Shown: piece after piece, positions 39,768 to 51,945 of the stretch
Layout: every line of letters starts with the position of its first letter
Numbering within the stretch: position 1 is the first letter of the stretch
Assembly (NCBI RefSeq): GCF_006345805.1
Contig: NC_043000.1
Span: forward strand, 111,228,001 to 111,292,000
Direction of reading: 5' to 3'
Source: Octopus sinensis
Taxonomy: Eukaryota
DNA length: 64,000 nucleotides
Program-made: the position numbers and the translations under genes
The notes under the pieces: model-generated
What the model was told of the DNA's origin: nothing
Databases searched by the model: none
Seen by the model: only the letters and a program-made list of their open reading frames with translations

Positions 39768-41361
39768 TTGTGGGTAGCTATCCATGTATATACATTAAAA
39801 GTATTAAATACAAACGGGATTACATATGACTAGTGCTTTAAAAGCTACACGAAGGAAATATTGGTCCTACGTGGAATTTAATAAACTTTAAAATGTCGTT
39901 CTAACGAAGAACTGTTGTGAAATTAGGGTCCAAAGTTTACTGAAGAACCGGAATAGATATCCGATTAAACTGGGCTAGCTACCACAGATAAACAGTGGGT
40001 TTGTTTACACACACAAAAAGACGAACAGAAAATACCACAGGAAACTTTAAAAATAGAAACAATTCAGAAATAAAAAAAATTAAAAAACTGAGCATTTACA
40101 GACGGGAACCAGGAGGATGGATTTGCGGAGAGAGGGAGAGAAATAGGGACCTTTAAATTAATAATTAATAGGTGCTCAATTTTCTACATTATACCAAATT
40201 TTACGAGTTTAATATATCTCTCTAGAGATCGCTATAAATAAAATCAGAAATTAAAAATAAGAAAAGAAACTTCACAAACAGAATTAAATAACACAAGATT
40301 TCTGGCGAAAGAAGTATTAGCATAGCCATCCAAGTTTTCTAAGGTTTGTTTTGATACATAAACTGCTTGGATTTACAAAATGATCGATATCATTAAAAAA
40401 AGCATCATTTAGGATATGATAAAATAAGTAACTTCTACAAATATTTTAATCTTGTTTTTACCGCTTAAATTTAAGGAGGTACACCATGCAGTTAACATTA
40501 AGGGAACAATTAATGTGCCATCTGCCCTTTATAATTTTGATTCTCTGTGTTTAGCCCCTTGTGGGTAGTAAAGAAATAGGTTAATAAAAGGTTCGAACTG
40601 ATAAAACGAATTTCTCCGTTCAGATTAACACTGGTTTTGATAAAGTGGCGGGTGCGAACACGAGACACATTTACAATTAAAGATTAATCAAAATAAAATA
40701 TGAGCAAACGTATATACACCTACAAGTATATAATTGTACAGAAGGGACCGTATATGTATAATAACTGTATATGTATTATAACTGTATAATGTGTGTATTT
40801 AACAGTACCTGCATAGAAGCCTAAGTTTGATATATATATATACACACACACATATATATTACTAATTTGTGTATGTCTATATAGTATTTCATGTTACTTG
40901 GTAAAAGAAATCATGTTTGTAAATTTTGTTTAATTACAATAAACCTCCCTGTAGTGTTTTATATATGAGGCATCAGAAACCTCTTTTAAGAGTTAATGGT
41001 AATCAGATGATTATATACAATGCTGTATATAATATGTATAGTCGTTGTATAATAAATACTACGCACCCTAATCGAAAAAGGTTTTCTGACACCCTGAATA
41101 CTTAAATTTCAAACAGATCTTAACAAAGGTTCGATATTCCATACAACAAGGAGCAAATATATTACCAACTCAGAGAATGCAGTAAGAGAAGAGAAAATAC
41201 TTTTTAAAAAGAGGATAAGAAATATATTAAAATGATGTGTCCATGCTTACAGTGTGTGTCTGTTGGTGGTGATGAGGATGCTGGGGGCCGTGAGAATCTG
41301 TTCGATTCTCTCCATGTGCCTGGTTCACAGTGGTTTCACCGTTCGCAGCCCGACGTCGCAT
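1814..41361 (-). CDS. 12-coding-exon gene for an uncharacterised membrane-anchored alpha/beta-hydrolase-fold protein (400 aa) with a non-canonical nucleophile elbow
   Basis: Manually spliced join of minus-strand exons 41251-41361, 21358-21493, 18331-18399, 15499-15575, 14375-14425, 12883-12956, 10291-10410, 8756-8836, 8093-8231, 7059-7141, 5583-5679, 1814-1978 = 1203 nt, open from ATG to TGA, all introns GT-AG with matching phases. Motifs in AB-hydrolase order: TM ([21 protein letters not shown]), [90 protein letters not shown]. Exon 1 is the least certain link. Confidence 0.9.
5583..5679 (-). CDS. Exon 11 ([32 protein letters not shown])
   Basis: Acceptor ttctgatttcag, donor gtgagt; 97 nt, phase 2 to 0. 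Confidence 0.92.
6112..6418 (-). mobile_element. Third tRNA-derived SINE family (second copy at about 9339-9647)
   Basis: Two ~300-bp homologous copies with a tRNA-like head and a ttgagcaagacacttta core-like segment. Confidence 0.7.
7059..7141 (-). CDS. Exon 10 ([28 protein letters not shown])
   Basis: Acceptor tttctctttccag, donor gtaaca; 83 nt, phase 0 to 2. Confidence 0.92.
8093..8231 (-). CDS. Exon 9 ([46 protein letters not shown])
   Basis: Acceptor ttttatttgcag, donor gtaaga; 139 nt, phase 2 to 0. Confidence 0.92.
8756..8836 (-). CDS. Exon 8 ([27 protein letters not shown])
   Basis: Acceptor tttgaatttcag, donor gtaagt; 81 nt, phase 2 to 2. Confidence 0.93.
8898..9054. mobile_element. 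hAT/Charlie-type MITE
   Basis: TIRs CAGTGGTTCCCAA...TTGGGAACCACTG; 8-bp TSD ttttagtc/gtttagtc (7/8). Confidence 0.85.
9660..10058 (-). mobile_element. tRNA-derived SINE (head aggcgcaggagtggctgtgtggtaag..ggttcattccc)
   Basis: A/B-box head, internal (CA/TA)n and ..gactgaaacaagtaaaag tail; copies at about 2160-2305, 12265-12685, 13265-13625, 33905-34180, 47075-47460, 53530-53850, 61438-61580. Confidence 0.85.
10291..10410 (-). CDS. Exon 7 ([40 protein letters not shown]), contains the nucleophile elbow
   Basis: Acceptor tttctcttctag, donor gtaagt; 120 nt, phase 2 to 2. Confidence 0.95.
12155..12248 (-). ncRNA. Type I hammerhead ribozyme (Penelope pLTR type), intact core, sense strand of intron 6
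   Basis: Minus strand reads tgca-CTGAAGA-gtgca-[AT-rich loop]-tgtac-GAAAC-gatc-GTC-tgca: stem I tgca/tgca, stem II gtgca/tgtac, palindromic stem III ACGATCGT, GUC cleavage triplet. Confidence 0.72.
12883..12956 (-). CDS. Exon 6 ([25 protein letters not shown])
   Basis: Acceptor ttttttttctctcag, donor gtacgt; 74 nt, phase 0 to 2. Confidence 0.9.
14375..14425 (-). CDS. Exon 5 ([17 protein letters not shown])
   Basis: Acceptor ttttctttcacag, donor gtgagt; 51 nt, phase 0 to 0; D-R-x-G-x-G-x-S AB-hydrolase motif. Confidence 0.95.
14570..14990 (-). mobile_element. Penelope-like element 3' remnant (GIY-YIG endonuclease C-terminus and degenerate pLTR)
   Basis: Translation [39 protein letters not shown] resembles the PLE HFN..GHS....RK..EQ..I tail; decayed hammerhead-like ccgaaga..gaagcatt near 14575-14606. 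Confidence 0.6.
15499..15575 (-). CDS. Exon 4 ([26 protein letters not shown])
   Basis: Acceptor caattttcag, donor gtatgt; 77 nt, phase 1 to 0. Confidence 0.92.
18331..18399 (-). CDS. Exon 3 ([23 protein letters not shown])
   Basis: Acceptor ttttgtttttgtag, donor gtgagt; 69 nt, phase 1 to 1. Confidence 0.92.
20134..20528 (-). mobile_element. Non-autonomous Helitron-like element (same family as 61585-61972)
   Basis: Reverse complement of the 61.6-62.0 kb copy, with the CTAG end and subterminal hairpin. Confidence 0.7.
20600..21290 (-). mobile_element. Highly degenerate Penelope-like RT fragment (related pieces at about 18880-19330)
   Basis: Frameshifted remnants resembling the GVxMGT and YIDD RT motifs in purine-skewed sequence. 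Confidence 0.35.
21358..21493 (-). CDS. Exon 2 ([45 protein letters not shown]), contains the transmembrane segment
   Basis: Acceptor atttcttttcag, donor gtagag; 136 nt, phase 0 to 1. Confidence 0.9.
21553..22696. repeat. Long near-perfect inverted duplication (arms 21553-22038 and 22172-22696)
   Basis: Direct reverse-complement match of non-microsatellite sequence around a (TA)n-containing 133-nt spacer. Confidence 0.9.
27622..27748 (-). ncRNA. Hammerhead-like motif with one core substitution (CUGAAGC) and a ~90-nt stem II insert
   Basis: atct-CTGAAGC-ggcc...ggcc-GAAAC-agct-GTA-agat; stem I extends through attaca/tgtaat. Confidence 0.55.
28627..29030 (+). mobile_element. CR1/L2-group LINE reverse transcriptase fragment
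   Basis: [19 protein letters not shown]...[11 protein letters not shown]...[17 protein letters not shown], then [12 protein letters not shown] in another frame. Confidence 0.85.
31155..32060 (+). repeat. Degenerate ~30-33-bp minisatellite (approx. consensus AGTAGCAGTAGAAATTCTCCCAGCTGGCTGCC)
   Basis: agaaattcty-ccag motif recurs roughly every 30-33 nt for about 900 bp. Confidence 0.8.
32664..33136. mobile_element. Palindromic head-to-head dimer of a tRNA-headed, hammerhead-tailed element
   Basis: Arms of about 230 bp are reverse complements centred on tatgccgggcata (32901-32913). The right arm has A box TGGTGTAGTGG, B box GTTCGATTCC, (AAT)n, then the hammerhead. Confidence 0.75.
33039..33084 (+). 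ncRNA. Minimal type I hammerhead ribozyme in the tail of a tRNA-headed element
   Basis: gacac-CTGATGA-aggctg-gagggtatat-cagcc-GAAAC-GTT-gtgtt: stem I gacac/gtgtt, stem II ggctg/cagcc, no monomeric stem III (as in minimal Penelope hammerheads). Confidence 0.7.
35150..35355 (+). mobile_element. RTE-like RT fragment
   Basis: DYVLHMSVD...[34 protein letters not shown] (FADD catalytic motif). Confidence 0.75.
41251..41361 (-). CDS. Hydrolase gene coding exon 1 ([37 protein letters not shown])
   Basis: ATG at 41361-41359 in CpG-containing unique sequence; 37 codons end at a GTAAGC donor in phase 0, matching exon 2; implies a ~19.8-kb intron 1. Confidence 0.75.
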
Positions 41362-44300
41362 ACTTTCAGCGATTTACCGAAGAATACTGGATATTTACAG
41401 ATTCTTTTCTCGCCTTAAAACAATGTAAAGGGTTCCACGGAAGCCTTGTTTTGTTGCTTTGATGCCTTGTTCCACCTCAGTTACATTATAGGTTTAGCTT
41501 TTCCAGTGATTAGTGTGCGATATAAGGCAAAACCGGCAGCGATTTTTTGTAACGTGGCGTCTTTCCTGTAATCGGCTACGCTAGTGAACATATGCCCCAG
41601 AAACAGCAGCAGGAGCAGCAGCAGCAGCTGGTAAGCATTTCGTCAAAGCTGTAAACCACAGCTTTACTCGCTGAATTCTCTAAATAGACACAACACCTAT
41701 TGTCATTGTTATTGTTTAACCCCAGATCAATTCTGATCGAGCAGACCTATGATCAACGACGTTCCAGTCATGAGCATCACGTCTGTTTATAAGCAGCGAG
41801 CGTTAAATATTCCAACGGGAGTCTTCCCCTTTTTTTTATAGAATGGAGGGAGATTCAGTTTGTGACGTAGCTATAATGTGTGCCGTCCGGGGCAACCCTT
41901 TCGTACAGGCTTACACAAAAGACCCAAATGTGTTTCCCATCACCCTCACACAACCACTACTGGATTTAGTTGCTATTTCTAGTAAATCACGCATCCTCAT
42001 TGATGCTCTCTCGTTAAACAGAAATGTATATGAAGTGATGTTGCGATAGTTATGTCTTCCACAAGAGTCTTACTAATTTTAACTGAAGATTCTAGTTGTG
42101 CCTTAGTCACACGCACACATCAATTGAAATTTGAGACCCCGTTGCTGTTTTTGTTCGCTAAAAATCGAACGCCTCACTTTTGTTTAATTCTGTTTATTAA
42201 CTAAAACAGTCGCTAATTCGAAGCCTAAAATATGACGGCTTGAAGTAAAAATTCTCACAGTATCTTAGTATTTTGGTTCGACAATCCTGGTGTTTTAGTC
42301 GCCATCCTAGAACAAAATCTTATCCGAATCTGATCTCCTGATATAGACACAACACATTTGAGATAATTACGAAAAAGGAAACAGGACGTTGTGATGTTCA
42401 TGCCTTTCCCCACAAAGGTCTGTGGAATATTGGAAACATAGAAGTATATATAAACATGAACCCTGTCTAGAATCAACAACTAACTGACAATAGAATGCCG
42501 GGTCATAGAATTTCTGGAGATGGTTAACGAATGCAAAATGAGACCCCTTTGAAAGTGATGGAATCCTGATTCTCGTCAGAACATTTGTCTTGGAAAGTTG
42601 TTACCATCATAGCCATAATGGTAGCAACCTCTTTGCACAAATCTGCAGGAAGGAAGATAAATGCTTGGCAAACATACATCATCATCATCATCACTTTTCC
42701 ATTCTTGCGTAGGTCAGACGGATTTTGTTGAGGCGGATTCTCTATTGCCGGATGCTCTTCCTGTACCCAACACTCACTTGTTTCCATGTAAGGTAACATT
42801 TCCTCGTGGCCAGACATATTTTCCACGGAAGATTGGAAATGAAGGAACACCACATATACAACAGTGACACTCGTTTACAACTATCACAAAATATCACACA
42901 CACACACACACACACACACACAACGAATTTCTTTCAGTTTCCATCAACCAAATCCAGCCTCAAGGCTTTGGTCGACCCAGGGCTATAGTATAAGACATTT
43001 GTTCAAGATGCCACGCAATGTGATTGAACCAGAAACCATGTGGCTGGAAGGCAAACCTCTTACCATACACCACGAACATACACCATACATACACCACGTA
43101 CATACACCAGGCAAAAAGAAAGCTGTGGCTGTCAGCCTTAAATTAGATTCCGACGGACGGATTTCCAACAGATTCCTCCTTCAGCTGGGTGACAGCACAA
43201 GCGGTTTTAGGCCACCTTTGTTTACCCCTGGACTTATTATATTTTACAATAAAGATCTATTTATTATTGAGCTCCATGTATTTTTTAAAGCACCATGTAA
43301 TAAATATATTCTTCATACAGACAGCATTGCCAAATTATTCATTCCTTACACAATTCTATTTTCCCAAGACAATGGTGAGACTCTCTCGTACAGTTACGTA
43401 ATGGTTCTCTTATCACTACCGTTTCCCACAAAAAAAACATATATTGCCTACAGCAACAGACCCTACCGCCCCCACCCTCCGTCTGACTCAAGAGGGCGTT
43501 AAATGATGATGATCATGATCATGATCAAGACGACGACTAGGGTATTGGGATCATGAAAATACCAGCTATATATTAGGGGTGTGTTATGTCGTATATTATC
43601 CCTACCTACATTCACGATCCAACAGAAATTGGTTGTGCGCTTCTTGTCGAAAGAACCATGCAGAGGGAGAGTATCTAGACAAGAACTCTCTTTTAAGGGG
43701 ATTCAAAAAAATATATATATACAGAAGAATGATTTAAGATTGTCATTAAAATAAATAAATATATAAATTACCTTAATTACAAGTTAACCCTTTGCCCGTC
43801 CAAAATATTTTCAGAACTTTATCCTAAACGTCCATGCTTGTTTTCAGATCTTTTGCTAGTCCTTGTGACATACTTTCTGAGTAATATAAAGCTCTCCTTT
43901 CACTAGCCCCTAAGATACTCTGGTATACGCCCCTAAGGGATGCACTGGACAGCACTGCCCCCTCACATTTACACTGATACACTTATTTCGAAACTTCACT
44001 TTAGTATTATTACAAATCAGTGCCCACCCAGAATATTCTGAAGTACCTATACCCCCCGGGGGCGGGGGGCACCAAAATCTAGTGGCGGACCTGCTCTGGT
44101 GGTTGAAAAAGGAATTAGGAATGTGTGTCGTATGTGATGCATGGAAGGCAGCGAAATATGTCCGGGTATCATGTTCACATGTAATACTGAGGGCAATCAA
44201 AAGATTAACATATACAGTAATAATAATAGTAATAATAATGATAATAATAATAATAATAACAATAATTAATTCTTTTAGTAATAATAATAATAATAATAAT

Positions 44301-44525
44301 TTTAATAATACCTAGTTATCTCCCTTGCACTTGTTTTCCTGTTTCACAGAGAAACCAGACTGACCAATAGATGCATGACTCATGGATCAAAGTGAGGTTG
44401 CCTCATACGCCTTGAGGGGAGCTTTGACGTGCTAGAAGTAGCAGCTTAAACTTCTCTTGGATTACATCCCTATCATCTTTTATAAAGAATGAAGGGGTTA
44501 TAAATTTTCATGCTCTTGAAATAAT

Positions 44526-44582
<57 letters not shown>

Positions 44583-44711
44583 CTTCATTACAGATATAGG
44601 GTGAAAGCTAATTAATTTAATAAAATCAACAAATTTCACCTAGTAGAATTTCGGTATGGAAAAGGACCATATTCAGTAAAAACTTATACAAAAAAGTTTT
44701 TTTTATATATA

Positions 44712-45338
44712 ACTAGCAGTATCACCCGGCGTTGCTCGGATTTGTAAGGGAAATAACTATATAAGCATTTTTAGAGAGTTATAGCAAAAAAATGCATTAA
44801 AAATGGAATAAAAAATGATGGCAATTTTTTTTTAAATCGTTGACTCATCGTAGACATTTTTAGAGAGTTACTTCCCTTATATAATAGCGAAAAAATGCAT
44901 TAAAATGGAAAAAATGATGGTAATTTTTTTTTTTAATCGTAGACTCATGTAGACGCTTTCTAAGCCATTTCTGTTTTGGTGTCTTCAAGCCATGAAGTCG
45001 TTGTTCTAAAAGAACGCTGGTCTCCTTGACAACGCATTACGACGTTGATTTCCTTACACTCCCTTCCCCACAGGTGCAGGTGTGAGCGTGGGCGCCAACT
45101 CCGCCGCCATCGACACACGAAAAAATATGCATTAAAATGGAATAAAAAATGATGTTAAATTATTTTTAAAATCGTAGACTCATCGTAGACGCGCGCTAAT
45201 ACCCAGACGGGCTCGATATGAATCACGACTATAAGATACCCGAATTTAGTTAAACTGCACCGCAAAATGTGGGAGTAGTTAGGAATCTAAATCGAAGGGG
45301 ACAGACACTCACACAACTACAGTTTTATATATATAGAT
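44712..45338 (-). mobile_element. Helitron-like element with internal tandem modules
   Basis: Same CTAG/hairpin terminus (actagcagtatcacccggcgttgctcgg); repeated aaatgcattaaaatgga..gactcatcgtagac units. Confidence 0.6.
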
Positions 45339-45571
45339 TATAGCAATATTATAGCGTCCATAATTAATCGAAGACTGTCTGATTTCATTATTATTCTTTT
45401 TTTTTGCCATGTGTGAGTCACAAATATTGTTGTCTGTGGAGACATATTTTTGTAGAAAAAGGAAATAGTAGTCTTTTGGCTGCCATTTCTAAAATTTTCA
45501 GTATGTGGTCAAGCACCTTGTTGCAAAACCCTTATTGCTATAATGTATATATATATATATATATATATATA

Positions 45572-45748
45572 TGGTGGTGGTAATGGTGGTTGTGCTGGTC
45601 ATGGTGGTGGTTGTGGTGATGGTCGTGGTGGTTGTGGTGGTGGTGGTGGTAGTGGTCGCGATGGTACTGGTCATGGTCATGGTGGTCGTGGTTATGGTGG
45701 TGGTCGTAGTGGTTGTGGTGGTTGTTGTGGTCGTGGTGGTCGTGGTCA
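45572..45748 (+). repeat. Degenerate (GGT)n microsatellite
   Basis: ggtggtcgtggttgt triplet run. Confidence 0.9.
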
Positions 45749-46283
45749 TGATATATGTATGTATGTACATAAGCATGTGTGCATATATGCATGTACATTC
45801 ATATGTATGTATGTATGAATGTATGTACCTCTATATGTACGTATGTATGTTATGTCCCTAGGTATGTTGTATATGTATGTCATTCTCCTAATTATCTCAT
45901 AGTGCCATCCATGTCCCCCCTCCCTGTACTCACCGTCCTCATTGAGTACAGCTCTGTCCACCCGGACCATGTGCAATTTTCCTTTCATCTCATAATCTTT
46001 TGCCAATCGACAGTATGTAATAAGTATTCAGTGCCTTGTGGTGATGTTTTTATTGTATGTTGCAGGGATGTGGAAGTCCTAGGGTTTGGGGTTAGGGATT
46101 TATTCGCATCATCGTTTGCCATTCCCAATCTACCATTTATTAGAGGAGCTGGTTCTGTCTTCAGTTCCTGGCATACTGATTATCTCCATTTCCCAGAGCT
46201 GTGCTTGGCAAACGCAGAGCCAAAGCTTGCAATAAAGATAAAACAAACAAATAATAAGAATGATGATGACAACAATGATGATG

Positions 46284-46314
<31 letters not shown>

Positions 46315-48235
46315 CGACTGATGACTTGTTTTAAAAAGTAACGATAATAAATAATAAGAAGAATTATCTGTTTCCACATGAAATGCCATATTACGAGCAG
46401 CATTCAATGGCTTCTCTCAAGAATGTTCTTTCTGTTTTCTCTGCTACACCCATTATCGCAGACGTCATCATCATCATCACCATCGTCAGCATCACAACTG
46501 TCGTCGTTGTAACATTTTCATCATCACCACCACCACCATTGTCATCATTGTTGTTTTTATTGTTGTCATTGTCACCATGAACATCATCATTATCTTCATA
46601 ATAAAAAAAACATCAGCATTATCATTATCACCAAGAACATCGTCATCATCATCATCATCTTTATTACTGCCATCATTACCACCATCATCATCACCATCAT
46701 CATCACCACCATTACAAACATTGTATATCTGTTTGCATATATGTGTGTGAGTGTGCCTCTACTATTTATTGGCACCCACGCTGGTGGAATGCAAATGGCA
46801 CCCATACCAGTGGCACATAGAAGTATCCATTACACTCTCAGAGTGGTTGGCATCAGGAAGGGCATCCAGCCATAGAAAACCATGCCAAATCAGACTGGAG
46901 TCTGGTGCTGCCTCCCAGCTTACCAGCCTGTTCAAACTGTCCAACCCATGCCAGCATGGTCAACGGATGTTAGATGATGATGATGATGAGGAGGAGGAGG
47001 ATGATGATGATGATGATGATGTGTCTGCAAACGAATATAATTATTCTTTTATTTATTTCAGTCATTTTGACTGCAGCCCTGCTGGAGCACCACCTTTAGT
47101 TGAGCAAATCGACCCCAGGACATATCCTTTCTAAGCCTAGTACTTATTCTATCGGCCTCTTTTTGCCAAAGGGGGACGTAAATACACCAGCATCGGTTGT
47201 CAAGCGATGGTGGGGGGACAAACACAGACATACAAACATATACACACACATACATACTATACATATACACACACATACATACTATATATGTATATACACG
47301 ATGGGCTTCTTTCATCTCCGATGACCAAGTCCACTCACAAGGCTTTGGTCGACCTGAGACTATAGTAGAAGACACTTCTCCAAAATGCCACACAGTGGGA
47401 CTGAACCCAGAACCATGTGCTTGGTAAGCAAGCTACTTACCATACAGTCACTCCTGCACCTAGTGTAAATCTCTTACACAAGAACTTCAAACCCCATTTG
47501 TGCCCATCTCAAAAGAGCTTCCTTTACTAAGTTTATTAGTCACACACAATAATCTTAATAATTAGGGATCATTAACCCTTTTGTTACTGTATTTATTTTG
47601 AGATTCTCTGTGTTTCTTTCAATTACTTTAAATATAACAAAGAATTTGGTAAAATAACTTAGTTATCATTCAGCTAGTGTTAGGAACATAAATTGTGACA
47701 AAGGTCTGCTGGAAGATTTTAATTTAAAACTTATGAAAAGACACTTGTACTCAGAGCCAAAGCTGGTTTCAGCCAGGTTGGTAGCAAAAGGGCAGAATCA
47801 TTAATGTGTCAAGCAAAATGCTTAGCAGTATTTCATCCATTTTTAAGTTCTGAGTTCAAATTCCACTAAGGTTGACATTACCTTTCATTCTTTCCAGGGT
47901 CAATAGAATAAGTAATGGCTGAGCACCAGGGTTGATGTAATTGACTTACCCAACTCCACTAATATTGCTGGTTATATCCCAAAATTTGAAACCAATAATT
48001 AAGGAACTTTAAGGCAATGAGCTGGCAGAATTGTTAACATGCCAGGCAAAATCCTAGCGGTATTTCATCTGCCTTTATATTCTGAGTTCAAATTCTGCTT
48101 AGGTTAACTTTGCCTTTCATCTGCTTGGGTTGATAAAATAAGAATCATTTGAGCACTAGAGTCAATGTGATTAATTAATCCCCTGCCCCCTAATGTCAGG
48201 CCTTGTGCCAATAGTAGAAAGGATTATTATTATTA

Positions 48236-48576
48236 TTACTTCCGCCTTAACGAAGGTGGAGGTAGTGTTTGCTTGTTTGTCCGTGGACAAGATATCTTAA
48301 GAACCACAGAATGGATTCAGATGAAACTTTCAGGGATGTTTGGCCTCATGACTGGCCCAAACTGATTAGATTTTGGGATTGATCTGGTGCTGGACAAGGA
48401 TTCTGGATTATTTTTCCTGTTTTTTTACTTAATTTCTGAGAGTGGCCGGGGTCATTTTTAGTATTCTTGTTTGTGATATTTCAGATATTCTCATTTTAAA
48501 AATCATCTCTGGCTAATCATTGAGAGGACATTGGTGTTGCTTTGGTGGAGATTTGAGCTCTCTGAGTGCTCTTGTT
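48236..48576 (+). mobile_element. Helentron/HINE-like non-autonomous element
   Basis: Starts tacttccgcc..ggaggtagtgttt and ends ttggtggagatttgagctctctgagtgct, resembling HINE termini. Confidence 0.45.
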
Positions 48577-49159
48577 ATTATTGATATCATTATGATGAAG
48601 GAAGGCAGCAAGCTGGCAGAAAAATTAGCATGCTAGGCAAAATGCTTAGCGGTATTTCGCCTGCTGCTATGTTCTGAGTTCAAATTCCGCTGAGGTCACC
48701 TTGCCTTTCATTCTTTTGGGGTCAATGGGGTCAATAAATTAAGTACCAGCTGAGTACTGGGGTTGATGTAATCGACTTGCCCCTTCCTTCAAAATTTCAA
48801 GGCCTTGTGCCTTTAGTAGAAAGGATTATTATTATTATTGTTAAAGGATTATTATTATTAAAGGATTATATTATTATCAGTTCCTCTGTCTTTACATTCT
48901 AAATTCAACTTTATTATGTATTGTATACTACAGTTGGCCTTGGTTAAAAAAGGCAGAACATACATTGAAAGATTCCGTGATGGAATGAAGACATATAACA
49001 GTATATGTAATAAGCTTTCTGAACACCTGCTGCAGGAGGCGCCCATCATTGTCACATCTGTGCAAAAGATTGTAGGACTGAAAAGCCACATTCATGTTGC
49101 TCAGATTTAAGCAAAGGATCAAATGAGGGCATTGCTCAAAATCAAGTTGCAGCCTTTTA

Positions 49160-49677
49160 TGCATGCATGTGGGTATGCATGTATACATGTATGTACGTAT
49201 GTATGAATATATGTATGAATGTATGTATGTACGTGTATGTATCTATGTGTGTGTATGTATGTAAGTATGCATGCATGTATGTATGTATATATGTATGTCA
49301 TATCTTCGTAGTCATAAAACGAGACAGATGAGTGACAACCTGGCCACTGGTTGTGGTGTTAGACACCATACTAATCATATCTGTCGGGCATGTGGAAGAA
49401 AGTGTAATTAGGCAGGAGGACTTAAACGACATGCAAAGGTACATGAAGCCCAGTTACAACTACAGCTGGCTATTACCAGTAAAGGTCTTAGTTGCCAATT
49501 TTGTACAAGACATTGTAGATCTTTAGCTGGGCTAAAAAGTCACATTCGATCACAGCACCAGTAACAGTTAAGCTTCGTGCAATGGCCATACTCAATAACA
49601 AGGGGGCAGCCATAATATATGTATGTATATATGTATGTATGCATGCATGCATGTATGTGTACATGTATGTATGTATG

Positions 49678-49709
<32 letters not shown>

Positions 49710-50453
49710 CATGTATGTATGCATACATGCATGTATGTATGTATGTATGTATGCGTACATGTATGTATGTATGTATGTATGTATGTATGTATTATGTATG
49801 CATGCATGCATGTATGTATGTATGTATGTATGTGTGTATGTATGTATGCATGTGTGTATGTATATATGTATATATGTATGTATATATGTATGTATGGATG
49901 GATGGATGGATGGATGGATGAATGGATGGATGGATGGATGTGTGTATGTATGTTCTCTTTTGTTTATAATTATCTAAATTCTTCCTCTTAGGAAGGAACT
50001 GGTTTCAAACAAAAAGCTCCAAAGTTGGAATGTAAAATAAAAAAAACAAAAACAACGTCACACTTGAAACTTGAGAAAAGTCTTGCATATTTTTACTGTT
50101 CCACTTTTAAAAATTGTGTTTGTAATGTCCATATAAGTTGGTTGCTTTCTTTTTCTAAAAACACTCGACTTTTCCATTTTATCACGTAGGCATTTATTCA
50201 CAAAACCAAGCGCGGTAGTTATCATGTATGTGTGTATGTATGTTCACGTATGTGTTTGTGCCTCTGTGTAAGTGAGTGTGTGCGTCTTTGTGTGTTTATG
50301 CACACATGTGTATGTGTGCGTCTGGATGTGCTTGTGTGCATGTGTGAGTGTATGTGAGTGTATGTGTGTGTCTGTGTGTGCATATATGTGTGTGCATACA
50401 TGCATGTGTATGTATGTGTCTGGATGTGTTTGTGTGCATGTGTGTGTGTGCAT

Positions 50454-50485
<32 letters not shown>

Positions 50486-50984
50486 TGTGCATGTGTGTGT
50501 GTACATGTGTGTGTGTGTGTGTGTAACTACTTTGAGGAATTGAACATAGCCCAGAGTAAGAGCACAATATTATGGAGAGTGTACATGTGGGACACAGCCT
50601 CCATCAGGTCACGAAAGCATTTTTATAACCTAATTTATTAATTAGCTAATTAGTTAATTGATAATAAAACAGAACCAGACTACAACCAATTCCCTTTTTT
50701 TTATGGCAGGATGACCCTCCCAAGATACAACAATATACATCATCATCATTTGATGATGATGATGATATACATACATACATCATACACACACACACACATA
50801 TATACATACACACATTCATATACATTGTATATACACATACACACACAAAGACATATATATATATATACGTATATATGCATACATATATGTATATATGTAT
50901 AAACATATATATACACATACATATATATATATGTATGTATATATACATACATATATATATGTATATATACTGATAAACATATAG

Positions 50985-51053
<69 letters not shown>

Positions 51054-51537
51054 TATATATGTGTGTGTGTACTGACCAAATACCTGAGAGACAATCAGCA
51101 AGGACTTCCCAAATTGGCAGCATCTAATTGTCAAGGGAATGGACCAGATGGAAAGCAACAGTCATCATGAGGGGCAGAGATCAGACATCGAAAACACAAA
51201 AGGGTGACTCACAGTTCCTCATCCCCCCCGACCAACCTTCGCCTGCAATAAATGGCCCTGGCCTTTCTATCTTGTCCTTGGCATGAATAGCCAGCCACTT
51301 CTGGCATCAGGGTGAAAAGGCTCAGTCATTCGCTTCAGGTTGACTAATTGGATATGAATTAATGAAATTGATGATAAGATCGATAGAAAGATATATATAT
51401 ATAGAGAGAGAGGGAAGGAGGGAGAGAAAGAGAGAGAGAGAGGGAGAGTGACAGACATACAAATAGATAGATAGATAAAGAGAGAGAGGGGGGAATAGAG
51501 AAAGAAAGATTGATAGACAGATAGAGAGATAGATATT

Positions 51538-51633
<96 letters not shown>

Positions 51634-51690
51634 AATAGATAGATAGACAGACTGACAACAGACAGACAGATAGATAAATAGATAGATAGA
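49160..51690. repeat. Microsatellite-rich block: (ATGT)n, (GGAT)n, (GT)n, (TA)n, (AGAT)n
   Basis: Seen directly; another (AGAT)n tract at 52865-53025. Confidence 0.9.
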
Positions 51691-51945
51691 TACTCACTCA
51701 CATGCACACACACCCACGTGTATGTGTATTTTACTTTTGTTGGGTCTGGAGGGGAAAATCAGAGGCTATCTTAGAGACACAAACACTTTGGAGAGAAAAT
51801 CCAGGCCAGTCAAGGGGAACGTAAAGGCCAGTTGACATTGCCGTAGTGGGAGATTATTCTCTCTCCAAAGCACTGCCACAGCAACTACATTGTTTCTTTT
51901 GCAGTATGAGCAGTTGCCCCATCTTGGTGGAACCATGTGTGAGGT

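Noticed and set aside
42864-43502. Longest ORF in the track (212 aa)
   Set aside because: It runs through (CA)n and an antisense SINE and shows no recognisable domain.
45498-45861. Gly/Cys-, His-, Thr- and Val-rich ORFs
   Set aside because: These are translations of a (GGT)n microsatellite flanked by (TA)n and (ATGT)n, with no splice or start context.
48916-49110. Plus-strand ORF LALVKKGRTYIERF... as exon 2 of a divergent gene
   Set aside because: Weak acceptor, no recognisable homology and no supporting exons.
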